Shown in pieces: positions 1 through 8,941 of a stretch of DNA of 64,000 bases. The notes beneath the pieces are model-generated. The model did not search any database, had not been told where the DNA came from, and was given only the letters and a program-made list of their open reading frames with translations. The DNA comes from Bdellovibrionota bacterium. Its GTDB lineage: Bacteria > Bdellovibrionota_C > UBA2361 > CALJRW01. Within the stretch, counting starts at the first letter, position 1, and each line of letters begins with the position of its first letter. Location: the NCBI GenBank assembly GCA_041740355.1, contig JBGSMD010000030.1:1-64000 (forward strand), given 5' to 3'. The position numbers and the translations under genes are program-made.

Positions 1-1
1 G

Positions 2-181
2 GTTACACCGACAGTGACTCCAACGGTTACACCGACAGTGACTCCAACGGTTACACCGACAGTGACTCCAACGGTTACACCGACAGTGACTCCAACGGTT
101 ACACCGACAGTGACTCCAACGGTTACACCAACAGTGACACCAACGGTTACACCGACTGTGACTCCAACGGTTACACCGACT
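2..181 (+). repeat. 24-bp coding tandem repeat (GTTACACCGACAGTGACTCCAACG)
   Basis: Five identical units at 2-121, two variant units at 122-169, then a partial unit. Encodes VTPTVTPT. Confidence 0.95.
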
Positions 182-832
182 CCGTCTCCGGGGGATCCGG
201 GAGATCCAGGAGATCCAAGTAACCCAGGAGATCCGGGAGATCCAGGGGATCCAAGTGGTTCTGGAGATCCAGGTGGCGGTGGTGATAGCTGTGGTTGTGG
301 GTACTCTAAGCGCTCAATAAGTTTTAATAGAAATTCTCCAGACCTCCAAACAGCAGCATTGAAAGCAGAAGCTTGTGCATATGGAACTGCTGGTATGGGA
401 GAATGTGGAGATTGTGATGGTGGTAAGGATCTAACTTTAATTCCACCAGATCCAGATAATAATTTAGATGGTTATGAGGTCGAGTGTTGTGTAAGTTTCC
501 ACCAAGCTGGTTATATGGAAGCACCAGGAGGATCCCTTCATAACCAACATTGCAAGGAGGATTATTTAGAGTATTTCGTACCAGAAGGCCCTAAAAATAC
601 GGGAGGGAATGTAGTTGTTGGTTCATATTTTCTAGACTGTTGTCGTGACATCTGTGGTAATGACGAACTAAATACTACTCCACCATCAGCAGGACGTTCA
701 CCAGGTTCTGAAGAGTGTGATGGAACAGTTGGACTTACTGCAGAGGAAATAGCCGCTGGATGGGAGTGTGATTTTGATTGTCTTAAAGTAGAACCTTCTC
801 CAACCCCAGTTGATCCATCTACAGGTAACTAG
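2..832 (+). CDS. 5'-truncated surface-type protein: TPTV repeats, GDP repeats, Cys-rich C-terminus
   Basis: Frame is open from position 2 (VTPTVTPT...), so the true start lies upstream of the window. The C-terminal CGND...EECDG...CDFDC resembles the myxobacterial Cys-rich disulfide repeat. Confidence 0.8.
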   Translation, partial: VTPTVTPTVTPTVTPTVTPTVTPTVTPTVTPTVTPTVTPTVTPTVTPTVTPTVTPTVTPTPSPGDPGDPGDPSNPGDPGDPGDPSGSGDPGGGGDSCGCGYSKRSISFNRNSPDLQTAALKAEACAYGTAGMGECGDCDGGKDLTLIPPDPDNNLDGYEVECCVSFHQAGYMEAPGGSLHNQHCKEDYLEYFVPEGPKNTGGNVVVGSYFLDCCRDICGNDELNTTPPSAGRSPGSEECDGTVGLTAEEIAAGWECDFDCLKVEPSPTPVDPSTGN

Positions 833-1018
833 AATAGGTGATTGAATCCTTTATTATAGTTGGGATGGTAGTTAATTACTATCATCCTAGCTAATATCAA
901 AAAACTAATTTCCCTTAAGGGTGTTTTTTTTGAGATTAGCTATTTCCGATCCTTTGAATAGTTATTTGTAGGTAGCCACAAAGAAAAGTATCTTTAGTGT
1001 TCGGCTAAAAGAGTTTTG

Positions 1019-2668
1019 CTAGTTTTGATGATATCCAAAGAAGATAGCATCATTTCCTTTATTATCGGGCACTACGATCATTTTTGATAACTTGTCCCAA
1101 GGCACTACCGCGGCACCGTTTTTTGTCAGAATATTAAAAGTCCCTTCAGTTGGATTATTGAGACCGCCTGTAAATCCATGAACTAAAATAAATTCACCTT
1201 TATTCTTGCGAGGGAATGTGAGCACTTGAACAGCTTGTCCCGCCGCATTTTGTAACTTAAGTAGAAGTGCTAAGGCACTAACTGACTCAACATCACGTTT
1301 TTTCTTCCATCGTGCCGTCATATTTTGCCATGATAAAGCACCAGCAGTACTTGCTTTTAGAGACTCTAAGCTAATACCTTCTTTGAATTCTAACTCAGTT
1401 TTCACAATTGATTTTAATTCTGGTGTTAATTGAAGACTTACGGAATTTTTTACTCCAAGAGTCGCTGGAGTTGTCAGTGATATTAAGCCACATTTCAAGA
1501 TGTCGGGAACAGAGATGCTAGACCACGCACGAGAGATTTCTTGTGCAGTCATTGCAGTCGGTGTCTTCATTGGATCATGAACTAAATATTTTCCTGTACT
1601 AGAATAGTTGGTAATCAAAATGGCATGATGAGTTCCATCTAGCTGATGGTTTACAGAAAGAACTACATATTTGCCATTTTGTAATGCAGGCGCAATCACT
1701 GACTGGAGCTTCGTTTGGGCAATGATCATTGCTTGGGGACGACTTTTAATATTTGCCCCTTCAGCAAAATCAATCCACTCTGTATTTAACCCCACTTGGG
1801 AGAGAAATGCTTTTGTATTGAGACCTAACTTTCCTGACTCCGCCCGGTCACTTTCTAAGCTTGCAATGTGAGGTAATAAATCTGCGGTTAATGACTGACC
1901 AATCAGCGCAGAATATGTCATCAAGACACAGGCAGATACACAATATTTGGAGCTATGCACTTGGTTAATATGTGTAACTTCGGGATTGGAACTCGATTTG
2001 TTTGTTGGAATAATTGATTCTTTTGTTCTATCCGCTAGTTCTGTTTTTCCATTCTCGTTAATAGCAACTTTAGATCCAAACTCAGTCCGAACTCTATGTA
2101 ATCGTTTTGAGATACTAAGAAAAACAGCTCCCCGCTGTTCATTATTAGGATTTTGGATAACATCGATCAGTAATTGCATGGATTTACATTTTGAGATGGC
2201 TATTAATGCTTCTTCGACATTTTCAGAAGTAAGAATATGCGCAGGCAATTCTTCGTTTAGCGCCCTAAGTAATCTTCCATTTGGGGCAGTGAGTATGATG
2301 TTCTGTTTTGTTGGAACTACCTTACCTACGTTAGCAGCAAGTTTAATTAATTCCTCATTTGTAAGTTGTGCAGCTATACTTGGTTTTATCCCATTACTAT
2401 CTCGATCAACAATTCTTCTGAGGAAGAAATCCATTGTTTTATTGGCATTAGTAGGATCTTGTAAAACTAATGTGTTCAGTTTTGTTAATAAGCTCGTTGC
2501 TTCTTGCGCTATAGTTTCGGAAGCAGAAGTTTTTAGCGGAAGCGAAATACTAACAATTGCAGCCAATTGATAAATTTTTGTCCTAACTTTATGAGGAATA
2601 AAAGGAAGGTGACAACTCGCATTTGGTTCTCTTGAACTGCTAATGGGAATCATGTCTTGATTACTCAT
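1019..2668 (-). CDS. Papain-like (peptidase C39-like) domain protein with N-terminal helical region
   Basis: Q..C (INQVHSSKYCVSAC), H (GTHHAILIT) and D (YLVHDP) occur in C39-like order. Possible signal peptide after a later start. Confidence 0.6.
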   Translation of the reverse strand: MSNQDMIPISSSREPNASCHLPFIPHKVRTKIYQLAAIVSISLPLKTSASETIAQEATSLLTKLNTLVLQDPTNANKTMDFFLRRIVDRDSNGIKPSIAAQLTNEELIKLAANVGKVVPTKQNIILTAPNGRLLRALNEELPAHILTSENVEEALIAISKCKSMQLLIDVIQNPNNEQRGAVFLSISKRLHRVRTEFGSKVAINENGKTELADRTKESIIPTNKSSSNPEVTHINQVHSSKYCVSACVLMTYSALIGQSLTADLLPHIASLESDRAESGKLGLNTKAFLSQVGLNTEWIDFAEGANIKSRPQAMIIAQTKLQSVIAPALQNGKYVVLSVNHQLDGTHHAILITNYSSTGKYLVHDPMKTPTAMTAQEISRAWSSISVPDILKCGLISLTTPATLGVKNSVSLQLTPELKSIVKTELEFKEGISLESLKASTAGALSWQNMTARWKKKRDVESVSALALLLKLQNAAGQAVQVLTFPRKNKGEFILVHGFTGGLNNPTEGTFNILTKNGAAVVPWDKLSKMIVVPDNKGNDAIFFGYHQN

Positions 2669-2907
2669 AATTATACTCGCAGTTTAAATCTATAACATTT
2701 TTATAAATAATTTCATTAAGTTCGGAGCTGTAAAATATCATACAGAAAGATCTTAGTCATTAAATTATTCTGATATTATTTCAAACGCTTATCCAGATAA
2801 AGTTTAAGCTCTATGCTAATTACTAGTATAAATGGTATTTTAATAATTAATTCGATCAGTATTATATGAATTTTCCTTGCTGATCAGACACATATTTTTC
2901 AAAAAAA

Positions 2908-4716
2908 ATGCTACGTAAAATAATTAACTGGTTAAAATTATTTATTGTGGATCTCTGGCGTAAATTAGCTGGTACCGATCTCCGATCCTTGGCACTCTTT
3001 CGCATTCTACTCTCATTAACATTATTGATTAACGCTTGGATGTACTGGCCATTATTCCATGTTTTTTTTACTGATTCCGTAGGTTTCTTTCTCCCCGAAG
3101 ATGCCAAGATGGCACAGTCAAATTATTACTGGTCCATCTTGTATCTTTCTAACCATCAGATATTCCTTTACTGCTTTTTTGGGGCATATGTAATCAACGC
3201 CTTCTTATTATTAGTTGGCTATCGAACTAGATTAATGACGATTATTGCTTGGATTCTAAACGTCTCGCTAAAGAATCGAGCGATAATTTTTCTTACATTA
3301 GCAGACGCTCAACTGGTAATCATGTTATTTTGGGCAATGTTTCTTCCACTCGGTGCAAGATTTTCAGTAGATGCGGCATTAAATAAAAGAAAAACTTCCT
3401 CCAATACTTATGTCGGAATCGCCTGTTTAGCTTTTATGCTAAATGTTACTTATGTTTATTTTATGGGAGCTTTGAAGAAAAACCATCCCATCTGGAATGA
3501 GAATTTTGATGCCATTTATTACTCCCTAAATATGGTGGAGTGGACAACGCCATTAGCGGAGTATCTATTAATGCTGGGCGATTATTTAAAACCCCTAACT
3601 GCCAGTGTCTATTACCTGGAATTATTTTCACCATTGTTGTTCTTTTTACCATGGGGGACCAGCATCGGGCGACTAATGGCTGTGGCTTTGTTAATATCAA
3701 TGCATCTTGGAATTGCATTCTTTTTGGGCATAGGGATTTTCCCTTGGATTAGCTGTGCAGCACTTTGTGTTTTTTTGCCAACAATTTTTTGGAAGCCCAT
3801 TGCTAATTGGTGGCAAGCTCGCAAGCAACGCCTAAATATTACAATTTTCTATGATCAAGACTGTACATTCTGTAAGAAAATGTCATTGATCTTGTGTGAA
3901 TTAGCGATACTTCCCAAAGAAAATATTTTGCCAGCGCAACAGAATGAACTAGTAAATTCTATCTTTAAAAATCAAAATACTTGGGTAGTAAGATCACATT
4001 GCGGAAGATATTTGACTCATTGGAACGCCTTTAGTTATCTTTGCCGACGCTCCCCAGTTTTATTTCCAATAGGTTACTTGTTTATCTTGCCAGTTTTTTC
4101 GCAGCTAGGAAATTTATTTTATAAGCTTATTGCACAGTCTCGAAAATACCTTGGGTCTATATCTTCGTATTTTCTTTCTTTTACTGACAAGCCCTTATAT
4201 CGCCCGGGGAAGATCACCCAATTTATTATCACAACTTTTATCTTGCTTGTATTGGCGGAAAATTTACTAAATACCAATTTAATTAATATTCCTTGGCACA
4301 ATAACATTGATCATAGCTTGCGGCTGGTATCACTTAAACAAAACTGGAATATGTATTCTCCATATCCTAGAAGGCAGTCTAATTGGTGGGTGATTGAAGG
4401 TACTCTTCATAATGGAAGCAAGGTTGACCTGTTAAATAATATTGCTGTTCCGCCTAAGTTCGGACGCCCAGCGAGTAGTTGGGAGATGCTACCAAATGCA
4501 CATTGGTCTAAGTTTTTTTCGAAAATTAGTTGGCTTAAAAAAGGTCGTTATCTGACTAATTATTACTGTGGCAGGTGGAATAAAAAATATCCAACACTGC
4601 GACTCCGGTATTTACGTGGGATTAGATTTCAACAGTCGACTTTGCCGCCAGGAGAGCTAAGACCAGAGCCGGTTCAGAAATTATTATTGCAAAGAAAATG
4701 TCCTACTCCCAACTAA
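2908..4716 (+). CDS. HTTM-domain membrane protein with inserted DCC1-like (DUF393) thiol-disulfide domain
   Basis: DLRSLALFRI, FLPLGARFSVDA, LELFSP and QNWNMYSP are HTTM-type motifs. IFYDQDCTFC is a DxxCxxC motif. Confidence 0.8.
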   Translation: MLRKIINWLKLFIVDLWRKLAGTDLRSLALFRILLSLTLLINAWMYWPLFHVFFTDSVGFFLPEDAKMAQSNYYWSILYLSNHQIFLYCFFGAYVINAFLLLVGYRTRLMTIIAWILNVSLKNRAIIFLTLADAQLVIMLFWAMFLPLGARFSVDAALNKRKTSSNTYVGIACLAFMLNVTYVYFMGALKKNHPIWNENFDAIYYSLNMVEWTTPLAEYLLMLGDYLKPLTASVYYLELFSPLLFFLPWGTSIGRLMAVALLISMHLGIAFFLGIGIFPWISCAALCVFLPTIFWKPIANWWQARKQRLNITIFYDQDCTFCKKMSLILCELAILPKENILPAQQNELVNSIFKNQNTWVVRSHCGRYLTHWNAFSYLCRRSPVLFPIGYLFILPVFSQLGNLFYKLIAQSRKYLGSISSYFLSFTDKPLYRPGKITQFIITTFILLVLAENLLNTNLINIPWHNNIDHSLRLVSLKQNWNMYSPYPRRQSNWWVIEGTLHNGSKVDLLNNIAVPPKFGRPASSWEMLPNAHWSKFFSKISWLKKGRYLTNYYCGRWNKKYPTLRLRYLRGIRFQQSTLPPGELRPEPVQKLLLQRKCPTPN

Positions 4717-4860
4717 GCCATCCTGAAAATTCCGAGTGATAGCAAAAAAGCATTAAGAGCTGGAGATATTAAAGGACTGGTTTCTAGTAAAGTAATTTTT
4801 AATTTATCTTAGTATCAAGACTTAAAAAGCTCTCTAATTAATAACAATTTATTTTGCTGT

Positions 4861-5418
4861 TTATCGTTTAGTAATTAATAGTAGGTAGGGACTACTTGCT
4901 TTATTAGGATAATTCTCTAGCCGATTACATTGATAATTTTTTGGTAAATTGTTTAACCAACATTTAATTTCTTCTGATTCTACTTCTCCTGCCGGATGAC
5001 CAGGGTAGATCATGAGGCTAATGATTCCATTAGAATTTAGAAGCCCAAGACTTTGATCGAGGGCAAAGATCGAATTGCTAAAAGTGGTCGTGATCGATTT
5101 ATCTCCTTGAGGCAAGTAGCCCAGATTGAACATAATTATATCTACACTATCGACTTCATGATCCGCTAAGATTTTTTTAAGATTTTCGTGACCCTCTAAA
5201 AATAACTGACAATTATTAATCTTCTGAGAGCTAAGTAATAAAGTTGTCTTTTGGAAAGCCTGCGCTTGAATATCAAAGCCAAAAATCTTGGCAGTTAAAG
5301 GTAGCTGCTGAGCTAAGAATAAGATGTCATTGCCATTTCCAAATGTTGCATCAACAGCAACTAAAGCTTTTTGACAATAAGGAAGTAGCAGTTGATGGCA
5401 GTGTTCGGTTAATTTCAT
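4861..5418 (-). CDS. mnmM: YtqB/MnmM-family SAM-dependent methyltransferase
   Basis: VDATFGNGND, GFDIQ, GHE, FNLGYLPQGDK and IYPGH are YtqB family signatures. Confidence 0.85.
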   Translation of the reverse strand: MKLTEHCHQLLLPYCQKALVAVDATFGNGNDILFLAQQLPLTAKIFGFDIQAQAFQKTTLLLSSQKINNCQLFLEGHENLKKILADHEVDSVDIIMFNLGYLPQGDKSITTTFSNSIFALDQSLGLLNSNGIISLMIYPGHPAGEVESEEIKCWLNNLPKNYQCNRLENYPNKASSPYLLLITKR

Positions 5419-5422
5419 GGGT

Positions 5423-6481
5423 TTAATTTCCAGCTTTGTTAAATCTTGCTGTGGAAATTGCAGGATTAATTTCTTTATTATCTAATAAATGTTCCACCAG
5501 TTTTTTAGCACAATACGGAGCCATTAATGCCCCCTTACTTCCTAAGCCATTTAAAAAATAAACTGTAGGATGTTTTGGGTGTTGGCCTACTACTGGTTTT
5601 TGACCAGAAGCGATTGGGCGAACACCTAGTTTTTGTTGAATGATCTTATAAGGAAGATTAGTTATACCTTCTAAGGCGAGGAGCAGTGGATGATTTTTAT
5701 CTAAGGGTATTTTCTCTTCCCATTCACTCCAACCATAAGTTGCTCCTAAACGATAGCGGTCCTCGCCAAGTGGTAGAAGAAAATGTCCAAAGTTTAAAAT
5801 GTGTTCCAGCTTTAAATTTGGAATCTCAACATCTAGAATCTCACCCTTAGCTGGACGAAATTCTAAAAAATCAGCAAAGGGATTAAAAATTGCTCGATAA
5901 CCTTCGGCGAAGATAATTTTTTTAAAGCTAAAATCTTGATAGCGTATTATCTCTGGGCTAATTTGTAGATCTTGATAGTCAAATTTATGGGCTAAAAAAC
6001 GATTTTGCTTAATAAAAAAATTCTGAAGTGTTTTAGTGATTGCTGCGAGATCAACCCAGTAGCAATTGTTGGTCCAAAATGCTTGATCCGCAAATTGCAG
6101 TGATTTGTAGCTATTAACTATTTCTCCGATATAATTTTGATAAATAGGGTCAGTTAGTTTTTCTTTAAGAATGTTAGCTTGTTTTTTGGTGTTTAATACG
6201 CGCAGTATTTTTTGTTCCTGAAGAAACTCAAGTCCCTGTTCTAAATTAAGTTTTGTGTAGCAGTCTCTTGCTGTTGTATCTAGTTCTTGGAAATTCCAAG
6301 GTAAGTTAAAGCTACGGCCGATTAGGGGATTCACAATTCCAGCACTAACCTCAGACGCAGAATTTTGATCAGGAAAATCCATAATGAGATAATTTTGCTG
6401 ACGATGATGCAAGTTCCATCCAAGCAAGCTACCGGCCAGCCCTTGCCCCAGTATTAAATAGTCATAGTGCTGATAGGACAT
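5423..6481 (-). CDS. FAD-dependent oxidoreductase, DAO/MnmC-oxidase-like
   Basis: GQGLAG dinucleotide motif, SAG..NP, KGE, GATY, GVRP and NGLGSKG. Confidence 0.85.
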   Translation of the reverse strand: MSYQHYDYLILGQGLAGSLLGWNLHHRQQNYLIMDFPDQNSASEVSAGIVNPLIGRSFNLPWNFQELDTTARDCYTKLNLEQGLEFLQEQKILRVLNTKKQANILKEKLTDPIYQNYIGEIVNSYKSLQFADQAFWTNNCYWVDLAAITKTLQNFFIKQNRFLAHKFDYQDLQISPEIIRYQDFSFKKIIFAEGYRAIFNPFADFLEFRPAKGEILDVEIPNLKLEHILNFGHFLLPLGEDRYRLGATYGWSEWEEKIPLDKNHPLLLALEGITNLPYKIIQQKLGVRPIASGQKPVVGQHPKHPTVYFLNGLGSKGALMAPYCAKKLVEHLLDNKEINPAISTARFNKAGN

Positions 6482-6727
6482 AGTTAACTTGATAAATGGA
6501 AGTGTAATAAAATACTTTAAGAAAATAATTAAACAGGCTATAAAGGTCGAGCTAAATTGCTAAGGCTGGTATTCAAGGTAACTATTATGTCGCTTAGAAT
6601 ACCGAGGTAGCTTTTGGGCTTTAGATTAAAGTACGGTTCAATTTATCCCAACATTGATTAACATAAAGATTCGCTTCTGAGCAATGTTCCTGGCTTTATC
6701 TTTAAAAGTGCTTATTTATAATTAAAT

Positions 6728-7519
6728 ATGAAAACGATTTTTATCCTTTTTCTCTTTATAGCATTTTCTAGTAATTTTGTCGCAGCACAAGAATTGCTAC
6801 AAGATTTAAATGGGGATGGAGTTATTACAGTTGTAGCCTTTGGCGATAGTATTTCTTATGGGCAAGGGGACTATGAATCCCCCGGCGAAGAAGTAGAGTT
6901 GCCTGATGTTACCAATGGAAGTGCGGGTTATTTAAAACGAGTTCGGGAGTTAGCTGGTTTAGAAACGGTTAACGAGTCTGTGCCTGGAGAAATTTTTACA
7001 ACTAGTGGCATCTATCGCTTCTCTAGTGCCATTGCCACTAGTAATGCTGATATTGTTGGAATATTAGAAGGTGCTAATGATGTCGGATTGCAAGTCAGTA
7101 CTTCCGAATATTTAATCCAAATGCAAAAAGCAATTAATATTGCCAAGTCACAGGACAAGGAAGTCGTTCTTTTTACGGTACTACCTACTTGTTGTAATCG
7201 TGCTGGACGCACTCTTTTTACAACGGAGTTTAGTGGAATTATTAGAGAGCTTGGTCGTCGTAATCAAGTTACGGTTGCTGATATTGAAAAGTCCTGGCAA
7301 ACAACTTGTGCTGGGGATAGGGATTGCTACTTATTTAATATTCCCGATGGACTTCATCCCAATAATGTTGGTTATGATGTTTTAGGTCAGACTTTCTTAG
7401 CCAGTCTTTATGATATTAATATTTTTGCAACAGATGGTGCTGGACTTTTAGAGTCAGCCCTAGGACTTGAGACGGGAACTGTAATTGTAAAACCAGAGTT
7501 AACAGGAGATATGCAATGA
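6728..7519 (+). CDS. Secreted SGNH/GDSL hydrolase
   Basis: Signal peptide; FGDS, GAND and DGLHP motifs. Confidence 0.9.
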   Translation: MKTIFILFLFIAFSSNFVAAQELLQDLNGDGVITVVAFGDSISYGQGDYESPGEEVELPDVTNGSAGYLKRVRELAGLETVNESVPGEIFTTSGIYRFSSAIATSNADIVGILEGANDVGLQVSTSEYLIQMQKAINIAKSQDKEVVLFTVLPTCCNRAGRTLFTTEFSGIIRELGRRNQVTVADIEKSWQTTCAGDRDCYLFNIPDGLHPNNVGYDVLGQTFLASLYDINIFATDGAGLLESALGLETGTVIVKPELTGDMQ

Positions 7520-8205
7520 TCAAGCGATTACTTTTAATTATCCTTACTATTAATTTATTTGCCTGTGGTGGCGGTGGTGGAAGTAGCGATGGTGACTCGG
7601 ATAATAATACTAATTTAGGTGCAGATCGTGGCCTTAGAATTATGCATGGAGAAATCGATTTGGAGCCACTTAGTATTAAGTTGGCTGACGGAACATTAAT
7701 AACTCAAGCAGAGTTTGCTAAGTCATTGCGATATTTCAAAATAGCCGAAGGCACTCAAACAATTAATTTATATCGTAATTCTGATTCACTCAGTCCCTTA
7801 GCTTCTAGTTCCTTAGAAGTAGCAGCTAAAGGTAAATATTCCTTAGTAGTCTTTGGTAGTCGCAGTGGGCTGGGTACTGGAACAAAGATTTTAACCGATG
7901 GTTATGCTGAAGAAATACCCGATGGGCAGGTTGCCGTTCGAATTGTACATACAACAGTTGGTGCAGCTGATTTAGATTTTCGATTTAACTCACAACAAGC
8001 AGAGCAGGTATCCTTTGGTGGGAATTCCGAATATTTTTTACAGCCCTTAAGTGCTTCCGGCACCCTTGGATTTTCAGCGGTTCGTAGTGTCGATTCAAGA
8101 TTAATTGCTAGTCAAAACTTAAGTTTAGAGCCTGGAAAATCATACTCTTTGCTAATTACTGGTGAAATTGGACTGTTTACTCTGGTTAGAGTGTTTCAGG
8201 ACTAA
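7516..8205 (+). CDS. DUF4397-like lipoprotein
   Basis: Lipobox LFAC-GGGGG; repeated LRIMH/VRIVH..GAADLD...GKxYSL modules. Confidence 0.7.
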   Translation: MIKRLLLIILTINLFACGGGGGSSDGDSDNNTNLGADRGLRIMHGEIDLEPLSIKLADGTLITQAEFAKSLRYFKIAEGTQTINLYRNSDSLSPLASSSLEVAAKGKYSLVVFGSRSGLGTGTKILTDGYAEEIPDGQVAVRIVHTTVGAADLDFRFNSQQAEQVSFGGNSEYFLQPLSASGTLGFSAVRSVDSRLIASQNLSLEPGKSYSLLITGEIGLFTLVRVFQD

Positions 8206-8306
8206 TTCCCATCATTTTACCTCTAATTACTTTAAAAAGGGATGTCTTTTGTTAGTATCTTTAAATGATACTAAAGTTTTAGCTGTAATTGGTCGATTAA
8301 ATCTGC

Positions 8307-8504
8307 ATGGAAAGTTGTAGTAGTAAAACAGGTGAAAACCGCAAAAGAAGTGCCACGTATTTGTCATTAGATTGGCTAGCACGAAAAATAAGGCGTAAGA
8401 ATTCAATCAAGGATAAATTGCAATCTGCTGGTTATCAGATTGATTCTGAATTTGTCGCACGCTCCATGCTTAATGAAGATGAAGACAAAGGACTGCTAAA
8501 GTAA
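8307..8504 (+). CDS. Small FlgM-like (anti-sigma-28) protein
   Basis: C-terminal RKNSIKDKLQSAGYQIDSEFVARSML resembles the FlgM C-terminal pattern (IK..I..G.Y.ID...IA..ML). Confidence 0.45.
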   Translation: MESCSSKTGENRKRSATYLSLDWLARKIRRKNSIKDKLQSAGYQIDSEFVARSMLNEDEDKGLLK

Positions 8505-8941
8505 TCTAAATATTTTGGATTACATGTAATAATTCACAAATGCTAGTTTGTTTGAATAATTAAATTATAAACGAAAAATTATAATTACAAAATACTAATA
8601 TTGTAAATCACTCAAAATCCTATCCACACCCTTATCATCAATCCATTGATCAACGTTTATTGTAAAGATTAATTTTAAAAATTACCAATAGGCTGAATCT
8701 GTAATTTAAAGGCTCTCTTTTGAATTTAAACTTAAATCAAAGTCAAGAATTATTTTTGATTTAAAAAAATAAAAAATTTTATAATTATAGTCGATTGTGT
8801 ATTTTGCTTTTACTTAAACTGATTTAAAGTAAAATTGTAGTCGAAATTAAGTAGCGAGCCAGGCAGTTTCAAGCGATCCTGATTTTAGCTGAAATCAGAT
8901 ATCTCTTGGTTTTAAACCTCGCTATGTTTGTATCTTACTAA

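Noticed and set aside
2-181. 24-bp repeats as a CRISPR or non-coding array
   Set aside because: No spacers; they are in frame and encode TPTV.
2908-4716. HTTM-DCC1 fusion as novel
   Set aside because: This architecture is already seen in other bacteria, and nothing in the neighbourhood adds to it.
8505-8850. oriC-like AT-rich region
   Set aside because: Only one or two imperfect DnaA-box-like words (e.g. CTATCCACA) and no dnaA-region genes nearby.
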